64,000 nucleotides of DNA from Haliotis rufescens (lineage: Eukaryota). The stretch covers positions 8,680,001 to 8,744,000 of the forward strand of contig NW_025963924.1 in the NCBI RefSeq assembly GCF_023055435.1. The letters run 5' to 3'. Of the stretch, positions 1-11,170 are shown piece by piece (positions within the stretch are counted from its first letter, which is position 1; every line of letters begins with the position of its first letter). The notes beneath the pieces were generated by a model. That model saw only the letters and a list, made by a program, of their open reading frames with translations, was not told the origin of the DNA and did not search any database. The position numbers and the translations under genes were made by a program.

Positions 1-1496
1 ATTTGAATATTTAACCATCACTCATTCCTGCAACAGTTTGTAAAAAGTAATCCGGCGTTGGGTAGCTTTGTGTAAATATAACTTGGTTCAATAGAGACTG
101 GGGTAAGAAATGACTTAATAATCACACGCCCCCCACCATGTTTAAAATGTTGTATATTTGTGCAAATATAAAAGCAGACTTATTGGTTTTAAAAGATATG
201 GTGTCTAAGGTACCCATCAGCAATTCTGTAATATACGGATGTTGTTGTTTTTAATTTAAAAGTTTAAATTAAATCAATTTTTAAAAATATAACCATGTAG
301 ACATATTCTTTGAGTGCTGACTAAGCGCAAGTAGAGTTCATTTCTTCGGTATAATATAACTAATTTGTTTTGCTCCTCATTTTATTTATTTGCATATTTT
401 TCCCTTTTTATAATTGCTTTTTAAAAAAATGAGTTGAAGCGCGGTGAGGTGGAATGGGGCTTATCGCGGCGTTTAAGATTATTTCACATTAAAATGACGT
501 GCTTGCGCGTGTGTGTGTCCGGATTCATGCCAGCCTTACAGTGCTAGCCCAAGGAAATACCCCTTTCCAGGCATCGTTTGCCATTAAACTCCTTTTTCAG
601 CTCTACTTGTATGTCTTGGGGGAGGGGTTGGGGGTGGGGGGATTTTGTATCAAGATAAGATATTTTTCCAGTTTTACCTGCAAAACCAGATACTTTTTTC
701 TTTAAACTGTGAGCCTGATTTTGTGTGACAGGCAATTTTTTTTTTAAAAGGTCTGAAGCATAATTATCTTTCAAAATGATAAGAAATATCTGCTGAACGC
801 AAAGTCCATTGCACAATTCCGACCGTATTATAATTATGTGTTTATGAATCACTACAAAACAGGGATGATACCAAGTTCCTGCCCAACCTGTACCGCCCAT
901 CACAAACACTTGCAAAGGTAAGTCAAAATGGGTAAATCGCATTGTACATCATTTTGGCCACTGATGCGTCTAATTTGGAAATGTTTCCCCGCATGTCTTC
1001 CATAAAACACGAGGGCAGGGAGCACGAAGGTACAAAGGCGGAGCATGAACCGATATTTGGCAGTAACATCTTATTAATATTAAATATTTTTCAGGTCAGT
1101 TTTGCAAATATCCTTGTGTTTAGGTGTAAGGTACAGCATGCTGTGAGAGAAAGAAATCCAATTATATTTCTGAACATACTCAGTTATATATCTCACACTC
1201 TACAAACACATCCATACATATTACACAACAATGTTACAGTTTTTCATTTATACCAGGAAATATCAGCGCTACCTGCCCGGGAACATTTAACTTTCTTTAA
1301 AAACACTCATGTTGTTGATGGGAGATTTGACAGCAGTCACCTGCAGTCAATCACAACGCTTGCTTGCGACATTTCTGTTTAAAACTACAAGGGTTAAATA
1401 GGTTGAGATCGGACTACGCCGTGCGAGCGACAAGGATGTTAAATTTGATTCAAATAATCAAGGAACCTCAGTTGCATGGTTTGGGCGTCATTTGTG

Positions 1497-2811
1497 GTAA
1501 GTACAAATTAGTCTCTCATACAATCCTGAAACAAGAAATATTAGAAAACTCACAAGCAAGGAGGGAAATCATAAAACGACATAACGAACATTTTTCTTCA
1601 GTAAAACATTGTAGCTTGGCTGTCGGACAAAATGCATGGAAAACATTATCCACGATTTACCAGGATCATTCCCGGTCGTAGATAAGCTGATTACATGCGC
1701 AAAAGAAACAAAAGTATCATTGTATTATACATTGAGTAATTAATACTTATAATTAGTGAAATGTAACGATTGTACCATTTTCATGCATGAATGCCAATAC
1801 TGTAAGAAGACTTTTATTTTAACACAATTGTAACCCATGGGGTTCCAGGTTAGACTAGCGCCCTAAGCAGGCACCGTGTGTAGTATTAAGCTACTCAATT
1901 GGTCGGCTGGTCAGTCTCCGTACCCCGACGGTATATATTGTTGCTCATGATACCAATTACTGAATTGTCTGGTCCAGATTCGATAATTTACAGTCCACCG
2001 TCATATTACTGGAATATTGCTTCGTTCCACGATAAACAACAAACAAATGAGCAAAATTGTTACCAAAGTTATTTGGGTACTCAATGCCTTGATTAAGTGT
2101 ATGTTTATTTTTTAGATTTCAAGTATGTCGATCCATGATTGAGTTCAACTTAATTCAAATGATTTTAAAAACAGATCAGAACTACTTATTTATACAAACT
2201 TCATTTTGTGCACCAACAAGGTCTTTTAAAGTTAACCTTTCATAAGTACCTGGGGGAAAATGAAAGGAGCGTGCTAAATGCTTCATCTCCATTAAAATTA
2301 TCCAATGGAAAACATACATAGAACTGTATTAATGACATTATAAATTTCACAATCATATGGGTTAAGCAAGGGAGTATTCTATTCCATGTATTCAATTGAG
2401 ATATATAATATTTCCGTCTCAAAAATCTATTTTAGGCTAAGCTTATCGGAACATGATATATTTCATATATTATGTTTGACCTTGCGGACCCTTCACGTAA
2501 GGCGATGTAATTTACCTTCCTTAACTTGGCTAGGATCCGCTTATATTTGGACCAAATACCAGATCAGCCACAATTTTGAATCTTTGGGCTGTCACAACCT
2601 TATCAAAGTGTTTTGAAAACAACTACAACAAAGGGACGTTAAATCCATTCACTCACTCACTCATTCCTCAAGTACTCATTGGTAAATGACCATTGTAGTG
2701 AGGGATATTCAGCTGTACGTTTAAATAGCAATTATGTGTTTCTGTATTCTTACAGGAACCACAGGAACACTTTAACAGGGGTTAAAACATTCAATCATAA
2801 TATCTTTTCAG
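1497..2811 (+). other. Putative 5' UTR intron of TLR copy 1 (paralogs 9895-11084, 21172-22348, 31694-32661, 43661-44862)
   Basis: Donor TGTG|GTAAGT and acceptor tatcttttcag| are conserved in all five units, including the otherwise diverged unit 1; the acceptor lies 70-90 nt before the ATG. Confidence 0.6.
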
Positions 2812-2883
2812 AAAATATAAAACATCAACGCCAGAGAATAACTAGTCTCGATTATCTGCGAAAGCAAATCTACAGTGTCAACA

Positions 2884-5367
2884 ATGGCAAGTCTACAACC
2901 GTCACGGCTCATATTCAAATGTGTATGCTACATCCTACTGATAGCAATGGTTTATGGTCAGGGTTGTCCCCCTTGCAATTGTACCTACGACCATCATCAA
3001 GTATATGTGAACTGCTCCAACCAGAATCTTACAAGCGTTCCCAAGGGTTTACCAACATCAACCACAATGCTTTTTCTCAATGGAAACAACATAAAGACAA
3101 TAGGACCAAAAACATTTTCAACAATGAGAAATCTTCAATATCTATATATTGAGAGAAACTCTCTTGTTAGCCTACATGAACTGGCCTTTCATGGTCTTGA
3201 CAACCTTGTCAATCTGAGCTTAAAACTCAACGATCTAAAACTAAATTCAAAAACCTACAAAACCAATCTCTTCAAGCCACTACATAAACTTCAGGTTCTT
3301 AACATACAGTTCAATCAGATGACAACATGGCCTGGAGATGACAGTCAACGTATAGCCTACCCTGATGTTTCGTTTCAACATCTGTCTCGACTTACTCACC
3401 TTTACATCGATGGTCGTCCAACAGACTTTGGACCAGGATTTGCCAAACTTTTCAAACTGTCTCTTCTCGCCTTCACGCCATACACTAACTATTGCAAACT
3501 GACTTTACAAAACTCAACCTTTATAAACGTACCCCATGTGGAATATCTCTACATGACCTACTGCCAAATCAGAGATGCAGAACAATTAACATTTTCTCCC
3601 TTTTATCGTATCCATACACTTGACGTGTCACAAAATTGGGAATTGGGATTTCCTGAATTTGCTAAAGCAACGTATGGGCTCCGTGATTCCACCATACAAA
3701 TCCTGAAAATGAACCATATTTCTCCATTATCTGGATCTTGTTATCAACTGCGGAGAAACGATTTTGTTCATTTAAAGAATACCTCACTGCGGGAACTTCA
3801 CCTTTCTGGAAATGGATTCATTGACTTCGAAAAAGGAACCATTTTAAATTTTCCTGAAACTCTCAAGGTGTTGGTGGCCAGATGGAACCGGTTTTACGAA
3901 GGTCCATACATAGAGGAACTGACTCAGGTAAAGTCACTCCAATATCTGGATGTCTCACACCTAAAACTATTAAGACCGACATTTAGCTTTCATAGATATG
4001 ATCCTGTAAGTCATGTGTCGAACGGTGGATTTCCCTTTCCACCAAACCTTCAAGTCTTGAAACTTTCATTCTGTTGCATGGGTTTATACTTCCCCAACAC
4101 TGAAAAGGTGTTGAAAAACGATTTGAGAAGCATCTCTATAAATGGAAACTTGATATCTTTTGTTGGGGGTCCTGTTCGTGGTTTTGAAAAGGTCGAACAT
4201 TTTGATTTCTCTGACAATAAAATGGAGAGGCTCGATTCAAGTTTCTTTACTTTTAGCAATCGTGTGAAATATCTCAACCTTTCAAACAACTTTCTTGGAA
4301 ATATGATAGATAAAGATGACAAGGGTGATACTTTCAGTCAGCTGATTAAATTGACAGATTTGGATATGTCTCGAAACAGAATCAAATACTTACCAAAAGC
4401 TGTTTTTAAAAATCTTACAAATATACATTATCTCAGAATAAATAGCAACAGTATAAGAACAATTGATGCTCAAATCAAACACTTGTCGCATCTTAAATTA
4501 TTCGATGTAAGCCATAACAGCCTCCTCAAAATACCTGTAAACATTCTTCAAGAACTGGACACATTATCACATGTTTCTGTCCGTCTGAGAGGAAACCCAC
4601 TTACTTGCATATGCTCTTCCCTCGAATCCCTTCACTGGATGAACAGACTTGCCGATAACATTGAAGACATGGAATCAATTACGTGTCTTATGAAAAATGG
4701 GAAGATCAATTTTAGAAACCTAGATTCCATAATTACAAGTTTGGAAAAAGAATGCCATTCAAGTGTTCTTACCACTGTCATGACAATGTCTATTACCTTG
4801 ATAATAATGGTCGGAATAGGACTAGGAGCAGGATATCGGCATAGGTGGAAATTGAAATATCTGTACTATGTCGGGAGAAGAAAGTATCGGGAACTGGAGA
4901 ATACTGACCAAGATGACCAGGAGTACCAATATGATGCCTTTGTGTCATATGCAGACACAGACAGATGCTTAGTTATAGAGGGAATGATATCGGAACTGGA
5001 AGACAAAGCAGGACTTCGATTGTGCATTCATCATCGGGACTTTCTTCCAGGGGAGGTTATTGCTTCAAACATTGTCAACGCAATACAGAACAGCCGCAAG
5101 ACCTTGATTGTTTTATCTCCAGCTTTCCTGAAGAGTCACTGGTGTGATTTTGAGTACAACATGGCGCGGATGGAGGGCGTCTCCAGGAGACAGAACATCG
5201 TGCTGGTGGTGCTGTATGAGCCTGTCGACATGAAGGATCTACCTAAGGACATGGCAGTCATGTTGTCCACCAACTGTTACTTGGAGTACAACACAGATGT
5301 CTATGGCAGTGTTGTATTCTGGAACAGTTTACGTGAATCTATTACCACTGTAAATAAAATCGACTGA
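2884..5367 (+). CDS. Toll-like receptor, copy 1 (single cysteine cluster type, uninterrupted CDS)
   Basis: ATG at 2884 matches the paralog starts (the track's 2875 start is a GTG). Signal peptide, LRRNT CPPCNC..VNCS, many LxxLxLxxN repeats, LRRCT NPLTCIC..C..C, TM (VMTMSITLIIMVGIGLGAGY), TIR motifs YDAFVSY, LCIHHRDFLPG, WCDFE and FW. Confidence 0.96.
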   Translation: MASLQPSRLIFKCVCYILLIAMVYGQGCPPCNCTYDHHQVYVNCSNQNLTSVPKGLPTSTTMLFLNGNNIKTIGPKTFSTMRNLQYLYIERNSLVSLHELAFHGLDNLVNLSLKLNDLKLNSKTYKTNLFKPLHKLQVLNIQFNQMTTWPGDDSQRIAYPDVSFQHLSRLTHLYIDGRPTDFGPGFAKLFKLSLLAFTPYTNYCKLTLQNSTFINVPHVEYLYMTYCQIRDAEQLTFSPFYRIHTLDVSQNWELGFPEFAKATYGLRDSTIQILKMNHISPLSGSCYQLRRNDFVHLKNTSLRELHLSGNGFIDFEKGTILNFPETLKVLVARWNRFYEGPYIEELTQVKSLQYLDVSHLKLLRPTFSFHRYDPVSHVSNGGFPFPPNLQVLKLSFCCMGLYFPNTEKVLKNDLRSISINGNLISFVGGPVRGFEKVEHFDFSDNKMERLDSSFFTFSNRVKYLNLSNNFLGNMIDKDDKGDTFSQLIKLTDLDMSRNRIKYLPKAVFKNLTNIHYLRINSNSIRTIDAQIKHLSHLKLFDVSHNSLLKIPVNILQELDTLSHVSVRLRGNPLTCICSSLESLHWMNRLADNIEDMESITCLMKNGKINFRNLDSIITSLEKECHSSVLTTVMTMSITLIIMVGIGLGAGYRHRWKLKYLYYVGRRKYRELENTDQDDQEYQYDAFVSYADTDRCLVIEGMISELEDKAGLRLCIHHRDFLPGEVIASNIVNAIQNSRKTLIVLSPAFLKSHWCDFEYNMARMEGVSRRQNIVLVVLYEPVDMKDLPKDMAVMLSTNCYLEYNTDVYGSVVFWNSLRESITTVNKID

Positions 5368-6379
5368 AACACAGCAGATATCACTCCTTGATTGAATATA
5401 GAATTAGCCATATATTTATGGTGTGCCAAGGCAGTTTATATAGTGTTCAAATACATCACGATCTATACTGTGACACCTTCTTAAATTAACGAGCTTTTTT
5501 ACCACAGCTGACAGTGTTGTCGATCCCTGTCTATGTATTAACTTGCAGCTTCGAATTCGGTGCATGTGTTTCCTTGTAGATTTGGTCCGCCACTATGCTT
5601 TTAGTGTTCGATACTGCACCCAAATGTAATACAGGTTACTTGCAATGTGAAAACACAGCTAATTATACTTTTTTTTATTATTATATGAGTTATGTTATGC
5701 ATATTTGTGATATGATAACTATGAGTCTTAATACTGTTTTAAATAAACTATGTGTACAACAATTATTAAACAGATATTATTCTTCCATACAATGTATGCT
5801 GAGTTTTTTTATTTGGCCCTGGCGAAGGATGCAAAACAACCATTGTAGTTCACACACATTGCAGATGATATCGTTTATTGTTGTTAGAAAATAAATTGTA
5901 ATTCTTCATGGCAGCGGCTCTCATCCATTCAACACAAAAGAACCATTCACTGCAACCTATAGCTACGCCTTTGTGTGCGTTCGAGTTATTCTGTAAACAT
6001 AACACAATAGTTCAAAAACTAACCTGGAACTTTTGTACTAAACAGAAGTATTTCTGTGTGTGCTTCAATACATACACCCATTTTCACTGAAAGAAAGAAC
6101 TAAACAATTATATTTTTTTACATTCTTTTGTAAAATCCGAGGCATAACTAATTTGTTTTAATTAAAATGAACCTTGACACACCCTTGTACAATGTACCTT
6201 GGAGGTGTAGTTAAAGGTCAAAGGTCAAAGAGCAGCATATGCTTCCGAATGTGAAATCGGTTTGTCGCTTGGATTTTGATGAAAGGATCTGGAGTTCTCT
6301 TATTGCATAAATAATTCTCAAAGTCTGTGACTCATACAAGTGTACTATTACGGTAGATTCGCAGGACTACATCCTGGTC

Positions 6380-6830
6380 TAGAAACTGCGAGATAGATTT
6401 TCAAAATATAAGAATAAGTATTTTAACCCGTTTGATGCTTCCTGCGATATGTTGTGGAGGGTGTCAACTAACATTCCGAAAACATTCGCCATCATGCTTC
6501 GAATATGAGGCAATATATGAAAAAACAATTCTGGTTTGTGGAAGGATATAACATTTATTAAAACGTTTTCAAAATCACACAAAAATAAGATCTCTTCTTG
6601 TGGAAATCCACGTGAAAATGATATACACGTCTTTCTTGAATGTCCCAAATACACTCATCCCAGAAATATCATGTTCACTAACATTATAACAGCTGGAAGT
6701 ACATGTACAATGCAAAATATTCTCTATGGTAAAGAATCTCTAGCTGAAAGTCACAATTATCACATTTTCAACAACATTCAAAAATATATACTGTCGACTA
6801 AAAGATTGATCATAAATATATGATATTGCT
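6380..6830 (+). mobile_element. LINE ORF2 3' fragment with zinc-knuckle-like motif (copies at about 17060-17390 and 36250-36710)
   Basis: SCGNPxENxIHVFLECPKY..PR motif, broken by stops. Confidence 0.6.
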
Positions 6831-7845
6831 CTGCGACCACTTACTATTAGTTACGACATAAGTGTAAAAACCTTATCTCTAAAAGTATTAATGACAGTGT
6901 ATATTACGTTATATGGGCCGAGTGCAGGGGCTCCGGTACTCCAAGTATCCAATGCACGATGTTGATTACCGCCTCATGACGTCATTGTGGTCTGACGGAT
7001 CTTGCCCTGACCTGTGTTCTGTCAGTCTATGACGTTCAAACAGTCTGGCGATGGTTGCACGTGTACAGTTGAAGTTCTTGCAATCTGTAGTAGTTTGGTG
7101 AATGGTATCTGGCGCATTATAAATGGACTTATTACTTACATACCCATGTCACAACGATTGGATGTTTTAAGAAACTGTAAAACTTTGACGTACAAGTCAA
7201 GCCTTGCAGTGTTTGTGGAGCAGTGTTAAGACATGGCTTATATCGATAACAACAAGGCTGATTGAATATGTAATGGTGACATATATTAAATTCGGCTTAC
7301 AACACAAATTCTTCTTCAGATTAACATTCAGTATTATGTCATAACTCAATATGCAATGACGTCACTCCTGTATGCAATAAGGTAAACAGGCAATAACGAT
7401 GACATATAAACTTTCTTTATAGCCCCAAGAAACAGTCCATGTTGGTGAAATTAAGATACACTCTACAACAGAAATTTCAAAATTAGCCATAAGGTTAGAG
7501 ACAATTGTAAACTAACTAGCCGACAATTGTATTTGTGCATTATTCTAAATAATGATTCGTCAGTTACAGCGATATATCAACACAAAATACGATATGACGT
7601 CATCGGCAACAATAAAATGACTGTCGATTCTTAACTAATGGGTGGCAGTTTCTATTAATACAACATCAAATACTACTTCGTAAATGCCGAATTGTCGGCT
7701 GAACTTAAGTGGATTCTCAACCAATAGGTGCTGTTGAATGATATGCTTTAGAAATTAAAAAATACACGCATAAACCGATGTACCTGTCTCACATAACAGA
7801 AAGCGGTTTCACAGATACTACAGAAAAGACGAGACGGGAAGTTGG

Positions 7846-7929
7846 TCACCGCCTGCACATTGTTACAGGAACGTGAACATGGTGCAAGATGAAGTCGCTG
7901 ACACTGCCGAGAAACGTCCTCCGTATCTT
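7846..7929 (-). pseudogene. Duplicated fragment of the USP last exon (with downstream flank from about 7140)
   Basis: Reads KIRRTFLGSVSDFILHHVHVPVTMCRR* and aligns to 55576-55659; the flank aligns to about 54130-55575. Confidence 0.85.
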
Positions 7930-8362
7930 ATGGAATACTAGAACGAGCATTGTCGCATCGTTGCCCTTACCAAAAACAAGCAAACAGTGTCAAAATTAAC
8001 CAAAGCCCCGACATTGTGACAATGCGACATTTTGGCCATTTGCCGCAATGTGGCGCTATAAATAATCGTTTATACTTTACGAAAGTGAAAACTTGTAATA
8101 ATTACTGCATATTTTAACAAAGAAATATTTTCATCAAAATGACGCGTTGTCGCATTGTCCCATTGTCGAGCTTCTAGTAGTTACTGCTTATTTTGAATAT
8201 TTAAACAAAACATGATCTATATGGTTACAGATGAATGCACCCAGTGAACCAACTCAGTCCCAACAATTACAAATGTGCATACATACGTCCATGAAGGAGC
8301 TATGTATGTGAGTTAAAGGTCGTCGGTAAACTGAATTTTAAAGTATTAAGTCCAATTAAGTG

Positions 8363-8527
8363 TACAGTAAACTTCGGATATAACGAACTCAAAGGGTTCA
8401 TTAGTTTTAGTTAGTTATAAGCATATACACAGCATAACTAAAGCAAATATTCGGAACAAAAAAGTAAGTTCGTTATATCCGTCACTTCGTTATAAAAGCG
8501 TGTTCGTTTTAAACGTAGTTTACTGTA
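8363..8527. mobile_element. Short Tc1/mariner-pogo-like MITE (copies at about 18911-19066, 30269-30395 truncated, 37932-38082)
   Basis: TA-CAGTAAAC...GTTTACTG-TA termini with subterminal ataacgaac/gttcgttat repeats. Confidence 0.7.
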
Positions 8528-10215
8528 TATGATTCAAATATAGACATCGCAAAAACAGTTTTGTAAAATTCCAGAGTATTGTTTAACGCCCCCCTTTACA
8601 GTATTTCAGTTATGGTATGTCAGCTAGATAAGGGAGGAAAGTCGAAAGTCATGTTGGTCCTTTACACAAAAAACATAATCAGGATAAATTGGGAATTCGA
8701 ACACACGCTCATAGGGTTCTGGCACGTCGAATTTGAGAGAGTGGGTGAGTTTATTTATAATAAAAATAATAATAATCCATTTGTGTGTTACTTTCTCCAT
8801 CCTGAATATCATGCTCAAAGCACATTATTACCCCGGCTATTCTCATCTCCAAGGGAAGTATATATACGACCTAAGTTGCCTGTGATGTGCTGAAAGGTTA
8901 ACGGCCACATTGTCATATTAGAGGCTACCCTTTCACTGCTGGCTGAACATAGGCATATTTCAAACAAAGTCATTTGCCCAAAGTCACACACCACATGCCC
9001 ATGTGTTACGTGTGCTTCGGTGTTGGGCAGGACCGAGGCCCTTGAAAAACTCAGGAGCCAGGCAACCGAACACGGTCACCTATCCACTTTACGATTCCGA
9101 CTTTATTATAAACATGTGTTTATGATGTACTATAAAATAGTGATGATGTCGTATCCTCGCGAAAAGGTGAGTCTATCCTGCCCCTTCACAAGCACACGCA
9201 ACAGTAAGTCAATTGTTCACCTGAACAAACGCTGGAACATGTCACAAGTCAACAAACGTCAATTCCATCGGACATCATTTTGGCCACTGATGCGTCAAAC
9301 TTGGAAATATCTCCCACATGTCTGCCATAAAACATGAGGGCAGAGGGCACGAAGTCCGCACAAGAGCCGATATTTGGCAGTTATATCTTAATTATCTCAA
9401 ATATATTTCAAGTCAGTTTTCAGTTCAGTTTTGCAAATGTCCTTGTGTTTAGGTGTAAGGTACAGTATACAATGAGAGTCAAAAATCAAACTATACTTCT
9501 GAACATACTCAGTGATATATCTCACACTCTACAGACATATGTATAAAAATTACACAACAATGTCAGTGTGAACTGATGGCTGTAACAACACACTGAACGT
9601 TAACCCATCGGGGCTCAACACAAATTTCTCATTCATATCAGGAATTATCAGCGCTACCTGGGAACATTTAACTATCTTAAAGAAAAACACAAATCCCATC
9701 TTGTTGGTGGGAGATTTGACAATAGTCCCCTGCAGGCAACCACAGCTGTTGCTACATGGAAGCGATTTTAATTTTTGCTTCAAACTACAAGGGTTAAGTA
9801 GTTCGAGATCGGACTACACTGCCAGCAACAAGGATGTGTAATTTGTTTCCAATAGTCAAGTGAACGCGTCTGCATCTTTTGGACGTCATTTGTGGTAAGT
9901 ACAAATTAGTCTCTCATACAAACGCTAAAACAAGAAATATCCCAAAACACACAAGCAAACAATACTTTAGAAATCATAAAACGACACCCCAAACATTATT
10001 CTTCAGTAAAACATGTTTATGTGTAATCGTAGCTAAGTTGCCAGACAAATTATCAGTGATTTAGCAGGATCATTCCTGTTTGTAAATAAGTTGATTATGT
10101 ACGCAATAGCAAAAGGCTTATCATTGTATTACCAGCTCATTAATTTATAATTATTGTTACTGTAATATTAAGGTTTTACCATTTTCATTTGTGAATGCCA
10201 ATACTGTAAGAAGAC

Positions 10216-10420
10216 GAGGGGTACGAGGTTAGAATAGATCCCCAAGCAGCTTATGTCAGTCAGATGATACTCAGATGAATCGGCCGGTTAGTCTCCATAC
10301 CCCGACCGTATATATTGTTGCTCATGATATCAATTACTGACTTATCTGGTCCAGTTTCGATTATTTACAGTCCACCGTCATATAGCTGGAATATTGCTGA
10401 GTGCGGCGTTAAACAAAACA
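10216..10420 (+). mobile_element. Old family B SINE inside the putative TLR 5' UTR intron (paralogs at about 1833-2050, 21487-21700, 32016-32155, 43982-44192)
   Basis: Degenerate match to the family B body and tail; present in all five units, so it predates the array expansion. Confidence 0.7.
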
Positions 10421-11170
10421 TTGTTACTAAACTTATTTGTATAGTAAATTGTGGTAAACAGGATACTCCATGCCTTGATTGAGTCTTTTATATGATTTCA
10501 AATATGCCATCCATAATAGAGATGAACCTGTTAGTTTGTGTTATAAACAGGTCAGATCTATTTATTTATGCTAAGTTCATTATGTGCACCAACCACGTTG
10601 TCTTTTAAAGTCTACGTTTGTTTACTCTTGCAAAAGTACCCGGGAAAATCTGTAACTGATCACGCTAAATGCTCCAGTTTTATCATGCAAAATGCTCCAA
10701 CTCTATTTAGAAAGGCCAATGGAAACAAATTCATATAACTTTATTAATGACAGAATATATTTCCCAGTTATATGGTTCAAGCACAGGGGTATTGTATCTA
10801 TACTCCACGTACTCAAAACTACAAACTTCTCTTTAAAGGACTTCTGTTCTGACAAACTTTATCTGGGCATTTTCTTTAATCCAAGTTTATGCAAACATGA
10901 TGTATTTCATTCCTTATGTTGGACCATTGGGACCCATCAATGTAATTCGATGTAATTAACCTTCCTTAACTTGGCCATAATCCACAAGTAGATATTACCA
11001 GATAAGCAACGATTATAAATCTAGTTCAACAAACTGACAGTGGTTACATCTGAATTAAAACATACAATCAACATATCTTTTCAGAACATATAAAACATCA
11101 ACGTTAGAGAACGAACAGTCTCCAATTTCTGCCGAATCAGATTCCATAGGGCGCCAAAGCTACTACAACA

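Noticed and set aside
2679-5147. Short ORFs overlapping the TLRs (2679-3152, 4050-4322, 4965-5147 and their paralogs)
   Set aside because: Alternative-frame or antisense shadows that recur only because the DNA is duplicated; no domain signal.
6970-7605. TGACGTCA (CRE) sites and kB-like motifs near the TLRs
   Set aside because: Short motifs within duplicated or repeat-derived DNA; the kB-like matches are non-canonical and function cannot be supported from sequence alone.
9020-10955. Recurrent 60-110 aa ORFs upstream of TLR copies 2-5
   Set aside because: Starts, stops and frames differ between units, one is split by the LINE, and none has a recognisable motif.
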